DNA of 64,000 nt, from NCBI GenBank assembly GCA_053919585.1, contig CM132788.1; one strand, written 5' to 3'. Positions 49,701-64,000 of the stretch are shown one piece after another (positions within the stretch are counted from its first letter, which is position 1; every line of letters starts with the position of its first letter). This DNA is from Euprymna scolopes. Its lineage: Eukaryota. Below the pieces are notes generated by a model that did not search any database, was not told the origin of the DNA, and saw only the letters and a program-made list of their open reading frames with translations. A program made the position numbers and the translations under genes.

Positions 49701-52700
49701 ACTTTATCATCCTATGGAGGTCATTCATGTTTCACTTAAGACAAAATTTATCATCCAATGGAGGTCATTCATGTTTCACTTAAGACATACTTTATCATCC
49801 AATAGAGGTCATTAATGTTTTACTTAAGACATACTTATCATCCTATGGAGGTCATTCATGTTTTACTTAAGACCAAATGTATTATCCAATGGAGGTCATT
49901 AATGTTTCACTTAAGACATACTTTATCATCCAATAGAGGTCATTCATGTTTTACTTAAGACACACTTTATTATCCAATGGAGGTCATTCATGTTTCACTT
50001 AAGACATACTTTATTATCCAATGGAGGTCATTCATATTTTACTATAGACCAAATTTATTATCCAATGGAGGTCATTCATGTTTCACTTAAGACATACTTT
50101 ATCATCCAATGGAGGTCATTCATGTTTCACTTAAGACATACTTTATCATCCAATGGCGGTCATTCATGTTTTACTTAAGACCAAATTTATCATCCAATGG
50201 AGGTCATTTATGTTTCACTTAAGACATATTTTATAATCCAATGTCGGTCATTAATGTTTTACTTAAGACCAAATTTATTATCCAATGGAGGTCATTCATG
50301 TTTCACTTAAGACATACTTTATTATACAATGGAGGTCATTCATGTTTCACTTAAGACATACTTTATCATCTAATGGCGGTCATTCATGTTTTACTTAAGA
50401 TCAAATTTATTATCCAATGGAGGTCATTCATGTTTCACTTAAGACATACTTTATTATACAATGGAGGTCATTCATGTTTTACTTAAGACATACTTTATAA
50501 TCCTATGGAGGTCATTCATGTTTTACTTAAGACCAAATTTATTATCCAATGGAGGTCATTAATGTTTCACTAAAGACATACTTTATCATCCAATGGAGAT
50601 CATTCATGTTTCACTTAAGACATACTTTATTATCCAATGAAGGTCATTAATGTTTCACTTAAGACATACTTTATCATCCAATGGAGGTCATTCATGTTTT
50701 ACTTAAGACCAAATTTATTATCCAATGGAGGTCATTTATGTTTCACTTAAGACATACTTTATTATCCGATGGAGGTAATACATGTTGCACTTAAGACATA
50801 CTCTTTATCCAATGGAAGTCATTCATGTTTTACTTAACACATACTTTATCATCCAATGGAGGTCATTCATGTTTCACTTAAGACATACTTTATCATCCAA
50901 TGGAGGTCATTTATGTTTCACTTAAGACATATTTTATCATCCTATGGAGGTCATTCATGTTTCACTTCAGACCAAATTTATTATCCAATGGAGGTCATTC
51001 ATGTTTTACTTAAGAGCAAATTTATTATCCAATGGAGGTCATTAATGTTTCACTGAAGATATACTTTATCATCCAATGGAGGTCATTCATGTTTTACTTA
51101 AGACCAAATTTATTATCCAATGGAGGTCCTTCAGGTTTTACTTAAGACCAAATTTATTATCCAATGGAGGTGATTCATGTTTCACTTAAGACATACTTTA
51201 TTATCCGATGGAGGTCATTCATGTTTGACTTAAGACATACTTTATTATCCAATGGAGGTCATTTATGTTTCACTTAAGACATACTTTATCATCCTATGGA
51301 GGTCATTCATGTTTCACTTAAGACATACTTTATCATCACATGGAGGTCATTCATGTTTCACTTAAACAATACTTTATTATCCAATGGAGGTCATTCATGT
51401 TTCACTTAAGACATACTTTATCATCCGATGGAGGTCATTCATGTTTCACTTAAGACATACTTTATCATCCTATGGAGGTCATTCATGTTTTACTTAAGAC
51501 ATACTTTATCATCCAATGGAGGTCATTCATGTTTCACTTAAGACATATTTTATCATCCTATGGAGGTCATTCATGTTTCACTTAAGACATACTTTATCAT
51601 CCAATGGAGGTCATTCATGTTTCACTTAAGACATATTTTATCATCCTATGGAGGTCATTCATGTTTCACTTAAGACATACTTTATCATCCAATGGAGGTC
51701 ATTCATGTTTCACTTAAGACATATTTTATCATCCTATGGAGGTCATTCATGTTTTACTTAAGACATACTTTATCATCCAATGGAGGTCATTCATGTTTCA
51801 CTTAAGACATACTTTATCATCAAATGGAGGTCATTTATGTTTCACTTAAGACATATTTTATCATCCTATGGAGGTCATTCATGTTGCACTTCAGACCAAA
51901 TTTATTATCCAATGGAGGTCTTTCATGTTTCACTTAAGATATACTTTATCATCCTATGGAGGTCATTCATGTTTTACTTAAGAGCAAATTTATTATCCAA
52001 TGGAGGTCATAAATGTTTCACTGAAGATATACTTTATCATCCAATGGAGGTCATTCATGTTTTACTTAAGACCAAATTTATTATCCAATGGAGGTCATTC
52101 ATGTTTTACTTAAGACCAAATTTATTATCCAATGGAGGTCATTCATGTTTCACTTAAGACATACTTTATTATCCGATGGAGGTCATTCATGTTTCACTTA
52201 AGACATAGTTTATTATCCAATGAAGGTCATTTATGTTTCACTTAAGACATACTTTATTATCCTATGGATGTCATTCATGTTTCACTTAAGACCAAATTTA
52301 TTATCCAATAGAGGTCATTAATGTTTTACTTAAGACATACTTTATCATCCAATGGAGGTCATTCATGTTTTACTTAAGACCAAATTTATTATCCAATGGA
52401 GGTCATTAATGTTTCACTTAAGACATACTTTATTATCCAATGGAGGTCATTCATATTTTACTTAAGACTAAATTTATTATCCAATGGAGGTCATTCATGT
52501 TTCACTTAAGACATACTTTATCATCCAATGGAGGTCATTCATGTTTCACTTAAGACATACTTTATCATCCAATGGCGGTCATTCATGTTTTACTAAAGAC
52601 CAAATTTATCATCCAATGGAGGTCATTTATGTTTCACTTAAGACATATTTTATCATCCAATGGCGGTCATTCATGTTTTACTTAAGACCAAATTTATTAT

Positions 52701-55700
52701 CCAATGGAGGTCATTCATGTTTCACTTAAGACATACTTTATTATACAATGGAGGTCATTCATGTTTCACTTAAGACATACTTTATCATCCAATGGCGGTC
52801 ATTCATGTTTTACTAAAGACCAAATTTATTATCCAATGGAGGTCATTCATGTTTCACTTAAGACATACTTTATTATACATTGGAGGTCATTCATGTTTCA
52901 CTTAAGACATATTTTATCAACCAATGGCGGTCATTAATGTTTTACTTAAGACCAAATTTATTATCCAATGGAGGTCATTCATGTTTTACTTAAGACATAC
53001 TTTATCATCCAATGGCAGTCATTCATGTTTTACTTAAGACCAAATTTATCATTCAATGGAGGTCATTCATGTTTCACTTAAGACATACTTTATCATCCAA
53101 TGGCGGTCAGTCATGTTTTACTTAAGACCAAATTTATTATCCAATGGAGGTCATTCATGTTTCACTTAAGACATACTTTATTATCCAATGGAGGTCATTC
53201 ATGTGTCACTTAAGACATACTTTATCATCCAATGGAGGTCATTCATGTTTTACTTAAGACCAAATTTATCATCTAATGGAGGTCATTCATGTTTCACTTA
53301 AAACATACTTTATCATCCAATGGAGGTCATTAATGTCTCACTTAAGACATACTTTATTATCCAATGGAGGTCATTCATGTTTCACTTAAGACATACTTTA
53401 TCATCCAATGGCGGTCATTCATGTTTTACTTAAGACCAAATTTATAATCCAATGGAGGTCATTCATGTTTCACTTAAGACCAAATTTATTTTCCAATGGA
53501 GGTCATCCATGTTTCACTTAAGACATACTTTATTATCCAATGGAGGTCATTTATGTTTCACTTAAGACATACTTTATTATCCAATGGAGGTCATTCATGT
53601 TTCACTTAAGACCAAATTTATTATCCAATGGAGGTCATTAATGTTTCACTTAAGACATACTTTATCATCCAATGGAGGTCATTCATGTTTCACTTTAGAC
53701 ATACTTTATTATATAATGGAGGTCATTCATGTTTCACTTAAGACCAAATTTATTATCCAATGGAGCCCATTCATGTTTCACTTAAGACATACTTTATTTT
53801 CCAATGGAGGTCATTCATGTTTTACTTAAGACATACTTTATTATCCAATGGAGGTCATTCATGTTTTACTTAAGACATACTTAATTATCCAATGGAGGTC
53901 ATTCATGTTTTACTTAAGACATACTTTATCATCCAATGGAGGTCATTCATGTTTTACTTAAGACATACTTTATTATCCAATGGAGGTCATTCATGTTTTA
54001 CTTAAGACATACTTTATCATCTAATGGAGGTCATTCATGTTTTACTTAAGACATACTTTATTATCCAATGGAGGTCATTCATGTTTTACTTAAGACTAAA
54101 GTTATTATCCAATGGAGGTAATTTATGTTTCACTAAAGACAAACTTTATCATCTAATGGAGGTCATTCATGTTTTACTGTAGACATACTTTATTATCCAA
54201 TGGAGGTCATTCATGTTTTACTTAAGACATACTTTATAATCCTATGGAGGTCATTCATGTTTTACTTAAGACCAAATTTATTATCCAATGGAGGTCATTA
54301 ATGTTTCACTTAAGACATACTTTATAATCCAATGCAGGTCATTCATGTTTTACTTAAGACCAAATTTATTATCCAATGGAGGTCATTCATGTTTCACTTA
54401 AGACATACTTTATCATCCAATGGAGGTCATTCATGTTTTACTTAAGACCAAATTTATTATCTAATGGAGGTCATTCATGTTTCACTAAAGACATACTTTA
54501 TAATCCAATGGACGTCATTCATGTTTTACTTCAGACCAAATTTATTATCCAATGGAGGTCATTCATGGTTAACTGACGACCTACTTTATCATCCAATGGA
54601 GGTCATTCATGTTTCACTTAAGACATACTTTATTATCTAATGGAGGTCATTCATGTTTCACTTCAGACCAAATTTATTATCCAATGGAGGTCATTCATGT
54701 TTCACTAAAGACATACTTTATAATCCAATGGAGGCCATTCATGTTTTACTTAAGACATACTTTATTATCCAATGGAGGTCATTCATGTTTCACTTAAGAC
54801 ATACTTTATTATCCTATGGAGGTCATTCATGTTTTACTAAGATCAAATTTATTATCCAATGGAGGTCATTCATGTTTCACTAAAGACATACTTTATCATC
54901 CAATGGAGGTCATTCATGTTTCACTTAAGACCAAATTTATTATCCAATGGAGGTCATTAATGTTTCACTTAAGACATACTTTATCATCCAATGGAGGTCA
55001 TTCCTGTTTTACTTAAGACCAAATTTATTATCCAATGGAGGTCATTTATTTTTCACTTAAGACATACTTCATTATCCGATGGAGGTTATTCATGTTTCAC
55101 TTAAGACATACTCTTTATCCAATGGAGGTCATTCATGTTTTACTTAACACATACTTTATCATCCAATGGAGGTCATTCATGTTTCACTTAAGACATACTT
55201 TATCATCCAATGGAGGTCATTTATGTTTCACTTAAGACATATTTTATCATCCTATGGAGGTCATTCATGTTTCACTTCAGACCAAATTTATTATCCAATG
55301 GAGGTCTTTCATGTTTCACTTAAGATATACTTTATCATCCTATGGAGGTCATTCATGTTTTACTTAAGAGCAAATTTATTATCCAATGGAGGTCATTAAT
55401 GTTTCACTGAAGATATACTTTATCATCCAATCGAGGTCATTCATGTTTTACTTAAGACCAAATTTATTATCCAATGGAGGTCATTCATTTTTCACTTAAG
55501 ACCAAATTTATTATCCAATGGAGGTGATTCATGTTTCACTTAAGACATACTTTATTATCCGATGGAGGTCATTCATGTTTCACTTAAGACATAGTTTATT
55601 ATCCAATGAAGGTCATTAATGTTTCACTTCAGACATACTTTATCATCCTATGGAGGTCATTCATGTTTCACTTAAGACCAAATTTATCATCCAATGGAGG

Positions 55701-58700
55701 TCATTCATGTTTCACTTAAGACATACTTTATCATCCAATAGAGGTCATTAATATTTTACTTAAGACATACTTATCATCCTATGGAGGTCATTCATGTTTT
55801 ACTTAAGACCAAATGTATTATCCAATGGAGGTCATTAATGTTTCACTTAAGACATACTTTATCATCCAATAGAGGTCATTCATGTTTTACTTAAGACACA
55901 CTTTATTATCCAATGGAGGTCATTCATGTTTCACTTTAGACATACTTTATTATCCAATGGAGGTCATTCATATTTTACTTAAGACCAAATTTATTATCCA
56001 ATGGAGGTCATTCATGTTTCACTTAAGACATACTTTATCATCCAATGGAGGTCATTCATGTTTCACTTAAGACATACTTTATCATCCAATGGCGGTCATT
56101 CATGTTTTACTTAAGACCAAATTTATCATCCAATGGAGGTCATTTATGTTTCACTTAAGACATATTTTATAATCCAATGTCGGTCATTAATGTTTTACTT
56201 AAGACCAAATTTATTATCCAATGGAGGTCATTCATGTTTCACTTAAGACATACTTTATTATACAATGGAGGTCATTCATGTTTCACTTTAGACATATTTT
56301 ATCATCCAATGGCGGTCATTCATGTTTTACTTAAGACCAAATTTATTATCCAATGGAGGTCATTCATGTTTTACTTAAGACATACTTTATTATCCAATGG
56401 AGGTCATTAATGTTTTACTTAAGACATACTTTATAATCCTATGGAGGTCATTCATGTTTTACTTAAGACCAAATTTATTATCCAATGGAGGTCATTAATG
56501 TTTCACTAAAGACATACTTTATCATCCTATGGAGGTCATTCATGTTTCACTTAAGACATACTTTATTATCCAATGGAGGTCATTAATGTTTCACTTAAGA
56601 CATACTTTATCATCCAATGGAGGTCATTCATGTTTTACTTAAGACCAAATTTATTATCCAATGGAGGTCATTTATGTTTCACTTAAGACATACTTTATTA
56701 TCCGATGGAGGTAAGTCATGTTTCACTTAAGACATACTTTATCATCCAATGGAGGTCATTCATGTTTCACTTAAGACATATTTTATCATCCTATGGAGGT
56801 CATTCATGTTTTACTTAAGACATACTTTATCATCCAATGGAGGTCATTCATGTTTCACTTAAGACATACTTTATCATCAAATGGAGGTCATTTATGTTTC
56901 ACTTAAGACATATTTTATCATCCTATGGAGGTCATTCATGTTGCACTTCAGACCAAATTTATTATCCAATGGAGGTCTTTCATGTTTCACTTAAGATATA
57001 CTTTATCATCCTATGGAGGTCATTCATGTTTTACTTAAGAGCAAATTTATTATCCAATAGAGGTCATAAATGTTTCACTGAAGATATACTTTATCATCCA
57101 ATGGAGGTCATTCATGTTTTACTTAAGACCAAATTTATTATCCAATGGAGGTCATTCATGTTTTACTTAAGACCAAATTTATTATCCAATGGAGGTCATT
57201 CATGTTTCACTTAAGACATACTTTATTATCCGATGGAGGTCATTCATGTTTCACTTAAGACATAGTTTATTATCCAATGAAGGTCATTTATGTTTCACTT
57301 AAGACATACTTTATTATCCTATGGATGTCATTCATGTTTCACTTAAGACCAAATTTATTATCCAATAGAGGTCATTAATGTTTTACTTAAGACATACTTT
57401 ATCATCCAATGGAGGTCATTCATGTTTTACTTAAGACCAAATTTATTATCCAATGGAGGTCATTAATGTTTCACTTAAGACATACTTTATTATCCAATGG
57501 AGGTCATTCATATTTTACTTAAGACTAAATTTATTATCCAATGGAGGTCATTCATGTTTCACTTAAGACATACTTTATCATCCAATGGAGGTCATTCATG
57601 TTTCACTTAAGACATACTTTATCATCCAATGGCGGTCATTCATGTTTTACTAAAGACCAAATTTATCATCCAATGGAGGTCATTTATGTTTCACTTAAGA
57701 CATATTTTATCATCCAATGGCGGTCATTCATGTTTTACTTAAGACCAAATTTATTATCCAATGGAGGTCATTCATGTTTCACTTAAGACATACTTTATTA
57801 TACAATGGAGGTCATTCATGTTTCACTTAAGACATACTTTATCATCCAATGGCGGTCATTCATGTTTTACTAAAGACCAAATTTATTATCCAATGGAGGT
57901 CATTCATGTTTCACTTAAGACATACTTTATTATACATTGGAGGTCATTCATGTTTCACTTAAGACATATTTTATCAACCAATGGCGGTCATTAATGTTTT
58001 ACTTAAGACCAAATTTATTATCCAATGGAGGTCATTCATGTTTTACTTAAGACATACTTTATCATCCAATGGCAGTCATTCATGTTTTACTTAAGACCAA
58101 ATTTATCATTCAATGGAGGTCATTCATGTTTCACTTAAGACATACTTTATCATCCAATGGCGGTCAGTCATGTTTTACTTAAGACCAAATTTATTATCCA
58201 ATGGAGGTCATTCATGTTTCACTTAAGACATACTTTATTATCCAATGGAGGTCATTCATGTGTCACTTAAGACATACTTTATCATCCAATGGAGGTCATT
58301 CATGTTTTACTTAAGACCAAATTTATCATCTAATGGAGGTCATTCATGTTTCACTTAAAACATACTTTATCATCCAATGGAGGTCATTAATGTCTCACTT
58401 AAGACATACTTTATTATCCAATGGAGGTCATTCATGTTTCACTTAAGACATACTTTATCATCCAATGGCGGTCATTCATGTTTTACTTAAGACCAAATTT
58501 ATAATCCAATGGAGGTCATTCATGTTTCACTTAAGACCAAATTTATTTTCCAATGGAGGTCATCCATGTTTCACTTAAGACATACTTTATTATCCAATGG
58601 AGGTCATTTATGTTTCACTTAAGACATACTTTATTATCCAATGGAGGTCATTCATGTTTCACTTAAGACCAAATTTATTATCCAATGGAGGTCATTAATG

Positions 58701-61700
58701 TTTCACTTAAGACATACTTTATCATCCAATGGAGGTCATTCATGTTTCACTTTAGACATACTTTATTATATAATGGAGGTCATTCATGTTTCACTTAAGA
58801 CCAAATTTATTATCCAATGGAGCCCATTCATGTTTCACTTAAGACATACTTTATTTTCCAATGGAGGTCATTCATGTTTTACTTAAGACATACTTTATTA
58901 TCCAATGGAGGTCATTCATGTTTTACTTAAGACATACTTAATTATCCAATGGAGGTCATTCATGTTTTACTTAAGACATACTTTATCATCCAATGGAGGT
59001 CATTCATGTTTTACTTAAGACATACTTTATTATCCAATGGAGGTCATTCATGTTTTACTTAAGACATACTTTATCATCTAATGGAGGTCATTCATGTTTT
59101 ACTTAAGACATACTTTATTATCCAATGGAGGTCATTCATGTTTTACTTAAGACTAAAGTTATTATCCAATGGAGGTAATTTATGTTTCACTAAAGACAAA
59201 CTTTATCATCTAATGGAGGTCATTCATGTTTTACTGTAGACATACTTTATTATCCAATGGAGGTCATTCATGTTTTACTTAAGACATACTTTATAATCCT
59301 ATGGAGGTCATTCATGTTTTACTTAAGACCAAATTTATTATCCAATGGAGGTCATTAATGTTTCACTTAAGACATACTTTATAATCCAATGCAGGTCATT
59401 CATGTTTTACTTAAGACCAAATTTATTATCCAATGGAGGTCATTCATGTTTCACTTAAGACATACTTTATCATCCAATGGAGGTCATTCATGTTTTACTT
59501 AAGACCAAATTTATTATCTAATGGAGGTCATTCATGTTTCACTAAAGACATACTTTATAATCCAATGGACGTCATTCATGTTTTACTTCAGACCAAATTT
59601 ATTATCCAATGGAGGTCATTCATGGTTAACTGACGACCTACTTTATCATCCAATGGAGGTCATTCATGTTTCACTTAAGACATACTTTATTATCTAATGG
59701 AGGTCATTCATGTTTCACTTCAGACCAAATTTATTATCCAATGGAGGTCATTCATGTTTCACTAAAGACATACTTTATAATCCAATGGAGGCCATTCATG
59801 TTTTACTTAAGACATACTTTATTATCCAATGGAGGTCATTCATGTTTCACTTAAGACATACTTTATTATCCTATGGAGGTCATTCATGTTTTACTAAGAT
59901 CAAATTTATTATCCAATGGAGGTCATTCATGTTTCACTAAAGACATACTTTATCATCCAATGGAGGTCATTCATGTTTCACTTAAGACCAAATTTATTAT
60001 CCAATGGAGGTCATTAATGTTTCACTTAAGACATACTTTATCATCCAATGGAGGTCATTCCTGTTTTACTTAAGACCAAATTTATTATCCAATGGAGGTC
60101 ATTTATTTTTCACTTAAGACATACTTCATTATCCGATGGAGGTTATTCATGTTTCACTTAAGACATACTCTTTATCCAATGGAGGTCATTCATGTTTCAC
60201 TTAACACATACTTTATCATCCAATGGAGGTCATTTATGTTTCACTTAAGACATATTTTATCATCCTATGGAGGTCATTCATGTTTCACTTCAGACCAAAT
60301 TTATTATCCAATGGAGGTCTTTCATGTTTCACTTAAGATATACTTTATCATCCTATGGAGGTCATTCATGTTTTACTTAAGAGCAAATTTATTATCCAAT
60401 GGAGGTCATTAATGTTTCACTGAAGATATACTTTATCATCCAATCGAGGTCATTCATGTTTTACTTAAGACCAAATTTATTATCCAATGGAGGTCATTCA
60501 TTTTTCACTTAAGACCAAATTTATTATCCAATGGAGGTGATTCATGTTTCACTTAAGACATACTTTATTATCCGATGGAGGTCATTCATGTTTCACTTAA
60601 GACATAGTTTATTATCCAATGAAGGTCATTAATGTTTCACTTCAGACATACTTTATCATCCTATGGAGGTCATTCATGTTTCACTTAAGACCAAATTTAT
60701 CATCCAATGGAGGTCATTCATGTTTCACTTAAGACATACTTTATCATCCAATAGAGGTCATTAATATTTTACTTAAGACATACTTATCATCCTATGGAGG
60801 TCATTCATGTTTTACTTAAGACCAATTGTATTATCCAATGGAGGTCATTAATGTTTCACTTAAGACATACTTTATCATCCAATAGAGGTCATTCATGTTT
60901 TACTTAAGACACACTTTATTATCCAATGGAGGTCATTCATGTTTCACTTTAGACATACTTTATTATCCAATGGAGGTCATTCATATTTTACTTAAGACCA
61001 AATTTATTATCCAATGGAGGTCATTCATGTTTCACTTAAGACATACTTTATCATCCAATGGAGGTCATTCATGTTTCACTTAAGACATACTTTATCATCC
61101 AATGGCGGTCATTCATGTTTTACTTAAGACCAAATTTATCATCCAATGGAGGTCATTTATGTTTCACTTAAGACATATTTTATAATCCAATGTCGGTCAT
61201 TAATGTTTTACTTAAGACCAAATTTATTATCCAATGGAGGTCATTCATGTTTCACTTAAGACATACTTTATTATACAATGGAGGTCATTCATGTTTCACT
61301 TTAGACATATTTTATCATCCAATGGCGGTCATTCATGTTTTACTTAAGACCAAATTTATTATCCAATGGAGGTCATTCATGTTTTACTTAAGACATACTT
61401 TATTATCCAATGGAGGTCATTAATGTTTTACTTAAGACATACTTTATAATCCTATGGAGGTCATTCATGTTTTACTTAAGACCAAATTTATTATCCAATG
61501 GAGGTCATTAATGTTTCACTAAAGACATACTTTATCATCCTATGGAGGTCATTCATGTTTCACTTAAGACATACTTTATTATCCAATGGAGGTCATTAAT
61601 GTTTCACTTAAGACATACTTTATCATCCAATGGAGGTCATTCATGTTTTACTTAAGACCAAATTTATTATCCAATGGAGGTCATTTATGTTTCACTTAAG

Positions 61701-64000
61701 ACATACTTTATTATCCGATGGAGGTAAGTCATGTTGCACTTAAGACATACTTTTTATCCAATGGAGGTCATTCATGTTTCACTTAAGACATACTTTATTA
61801 TCCAGTGGAGGTCATTTATGTTTCACTTAAGACATACTTTATCATCCTATGGAGGTCATTCATGTTTCACTTAAGACATACTTTATCATCACATGGAGGT
61901 CATTCATGTTTCACTTAAACAATACTTTATTATCCAATGGAGGTCATTCATGTTTCACTTAAGACATACTTTATTATTCGATGGAGGTCATTCATGTTTC
62001 ACTTAAGACATACTTTATCATCCTATGGAGGTCATTCATGTTTTACTTAAGACATACTTTATCATCCAATGGAGGTCATTCATGTTTCACTTAAGACATA
62101 CTTTATCATCCAATGGAGGTCATTTATGTTTCACTTAAGACATATTTTATCATCCTATGGAGGTCATTCATGTTGCACTTCAGACCAAATTTATTATCCA
62201 ATGGAGGTCTTTCATGTTTCACTTAAGATATACTTTATCATCCTATGGAGGTCATTCATGTTTTACTTAAGAGCAAATTTATTATCCAATGGAGGTCATA
62301 AATGTTTCACTGAAGATATACTTTATCATCCAATGGAGGTCATTCATGTTTTACTTAAGACCAAATTTATTATCCAATGGAGGTCATTAATGTTTTACTT
62401 AAGACTAAATTTATTATCCAATGGAGGTCATTCATGTTTCACTTAAGACATACTTTATTATCCGATGGAGGTCATTCATGTTTCACTTAAGACATAGTTT
62501 ATTATCCAATGAAGGTCATTAATGTTTCACTTAAGACATACTTTATCATCCTATGGATGTCATTCATGTTTCACTTAAGACCAAATTTATTATCCAATAG
62601 AGGTCATTAATGTTTTACTTAAGACATACTTTATCATCCTATGGAGGTCATTCATGTTTTACTTAAAACCAAATTTATTATCCAATGGAGGTCATTAATG
62701 TTTCACTTAAGACATACTTTATCATCCAATGGAGGTCATTCATGTTTTACTTAAGACCAAATTTATTATCCAATGGAGGTCATTAATGTTTCACTTAAGA
62801 CATACTTTATTATCCAATGGAGGTCATTCATATTTTACTTAAGACCAAATTTATTATCCAATGGAGGTCATTCATGTTTGACTTAAGACATACTTTATCA
62901 TCCAGTGGAGGTCATTCATGTTTCACTTAAGACATACTTTATCATCCAATGGCGGTCATTCATGTTTTACTAAAGACCAAATTTATTATCCAATGGAGGT
63001 CATTCATGTTTCACTTAAGACATACTTTATTATACAATGGAGGTCATTCATGTTTCACTTAAGACATACTTTATCATCCAATGGCGGTCATTCATGTTTT
63101 ACTAAAGACCAAATTTATTATCCAATGGAGGTCATTTATGTTTCACTTAAGACATATTTTATCATCCAATGGCGGTCATTCATGTTTTACTTAAGACCAA
63201 ATTTATTATCCAATAGAGGTCATTCATGTTTCACTTAAGACATACTTTATTATACAATGGAGGTCATTCATGTTTCACTTAAGACATACTTTATCATCCA
63301 ATGGCGGTCATTCATGTTTTACTAAAGACCAAATTTATTATCCAATGGAGGTCATTCATGTTTCACTTAAGACATACTTTATTATACAATGGGGGTCATT
63401 CATGTTTCACTTAAGACATATTCTATCAACCAATGGCGGTCATTCATGTTTTACTTAAGACCAAATTTATTATCCAATGGAGGTCATTCATGTTTTACTT
63501 AAGACATACTTTATCATCCAATGGCGGTCATTCATGTTTTACTTAAGACCAAATTTATCATTCAATGGAGGTCATTCATGTTTCACTTAAGACATACTTT
63601 ATCATCCAATGGCGGTCAGTCATGTTTTACTTAAGACCAAATTTATTATCCAATGGAGGTCATTCATGTTTCACTTAAGACATACTTTATTATCCAATGG
63701 AGGTCATTCATGTGTCACTTAAGACATACTTTATCATCCAATGGAGGTCATTCATGTTTTACTTAAGACCAAATTTATCATCTAATGGAGGTCATTCATG
63801 TTTCACTTAAAACATACTTTATCATCCAATGGAGGTCATTAATGTCTCACTTAAGACATACTTTATTATCCAATGGAGGTCATTCATGTTTTACTTAAGA
63901 CATACTTTATCATCCAATGGCGGTCATTCATGTTTTACTTAAGACCAAATTTATAATCCAATGGAGGTCATTCATGTTTCACTTAAGACCAAATTTATTT
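43730..64000 (+). repeat. 44-bp tandem satellite array (~460 monomers, continues past window end)
   Basis: Consensus CCAATGGAGGTCATTCATGTTT(C/T)ACTTAAGAC(ATAC/CAAA)TTTAT(T/C)AT. Confidence 0.99.

Noticed and set aside
43730-64000. Dozens of MEVIHVSLKT/MFHLR ORFs; also CRISPR-like periodicity
   Set aside because: These are translations of a 44-bp tandem repeat with a recurrent TAA. There are no unique spacers and no cas genes, and the context is eukaryotic.
43730-64000. Satellite minus strand as a hammerhead (GGATGA...GAAACATG)
   Set aside because: Lacks the CUGA core, the NUH site and a convincing stem I.

Overview
This is AT-rich, repeat-dominated eukaryotic DNA, invertebrate-animal-like, with two assembly gaps and no clearly intact host gene. 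Positions 1-43.7 kb are a mosaic of transposable elements separated by (TA)n/(CA)n/(AG)n microsatellites. They include about a dozen copies of CR1/Zenon-type LINEs, among them a near-full-length, frameshifted APE-EN+RT copy at ~37.4-40.8 kb (-). Also present are a 5'-truncated Penelope-like element (RT + GIY-YIG) with a ~1-kb inverted 3' copy (24.9-27.7 kb), mariner and maT remnants, non-autonomous Helitrons (one nested in another) and foldback elements. From ~43.73 kb to the end is one 44-bp satellite (~460 monomers) with 2.37-kb and 5.06-kb higher-order duplications; the ORFs called there are artefacts. The most striking unannotated signal is about a dozen type-I hammerhead-ribozyme motifs, ranging from intact to decayed and found by eye. 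Several lie just downstream of tRNA-like Pol III A/B boxes and end at (TA)n tracts, or occur as inverted or tandem pairs. This suggests several families of tRNA-promoter + hammerhead (retrozyme/SINE-like) elements, plausibly mobilised by Penelope-like retroelements. A few candidate + strand exons, one TIR-domain-like, are low confidence.
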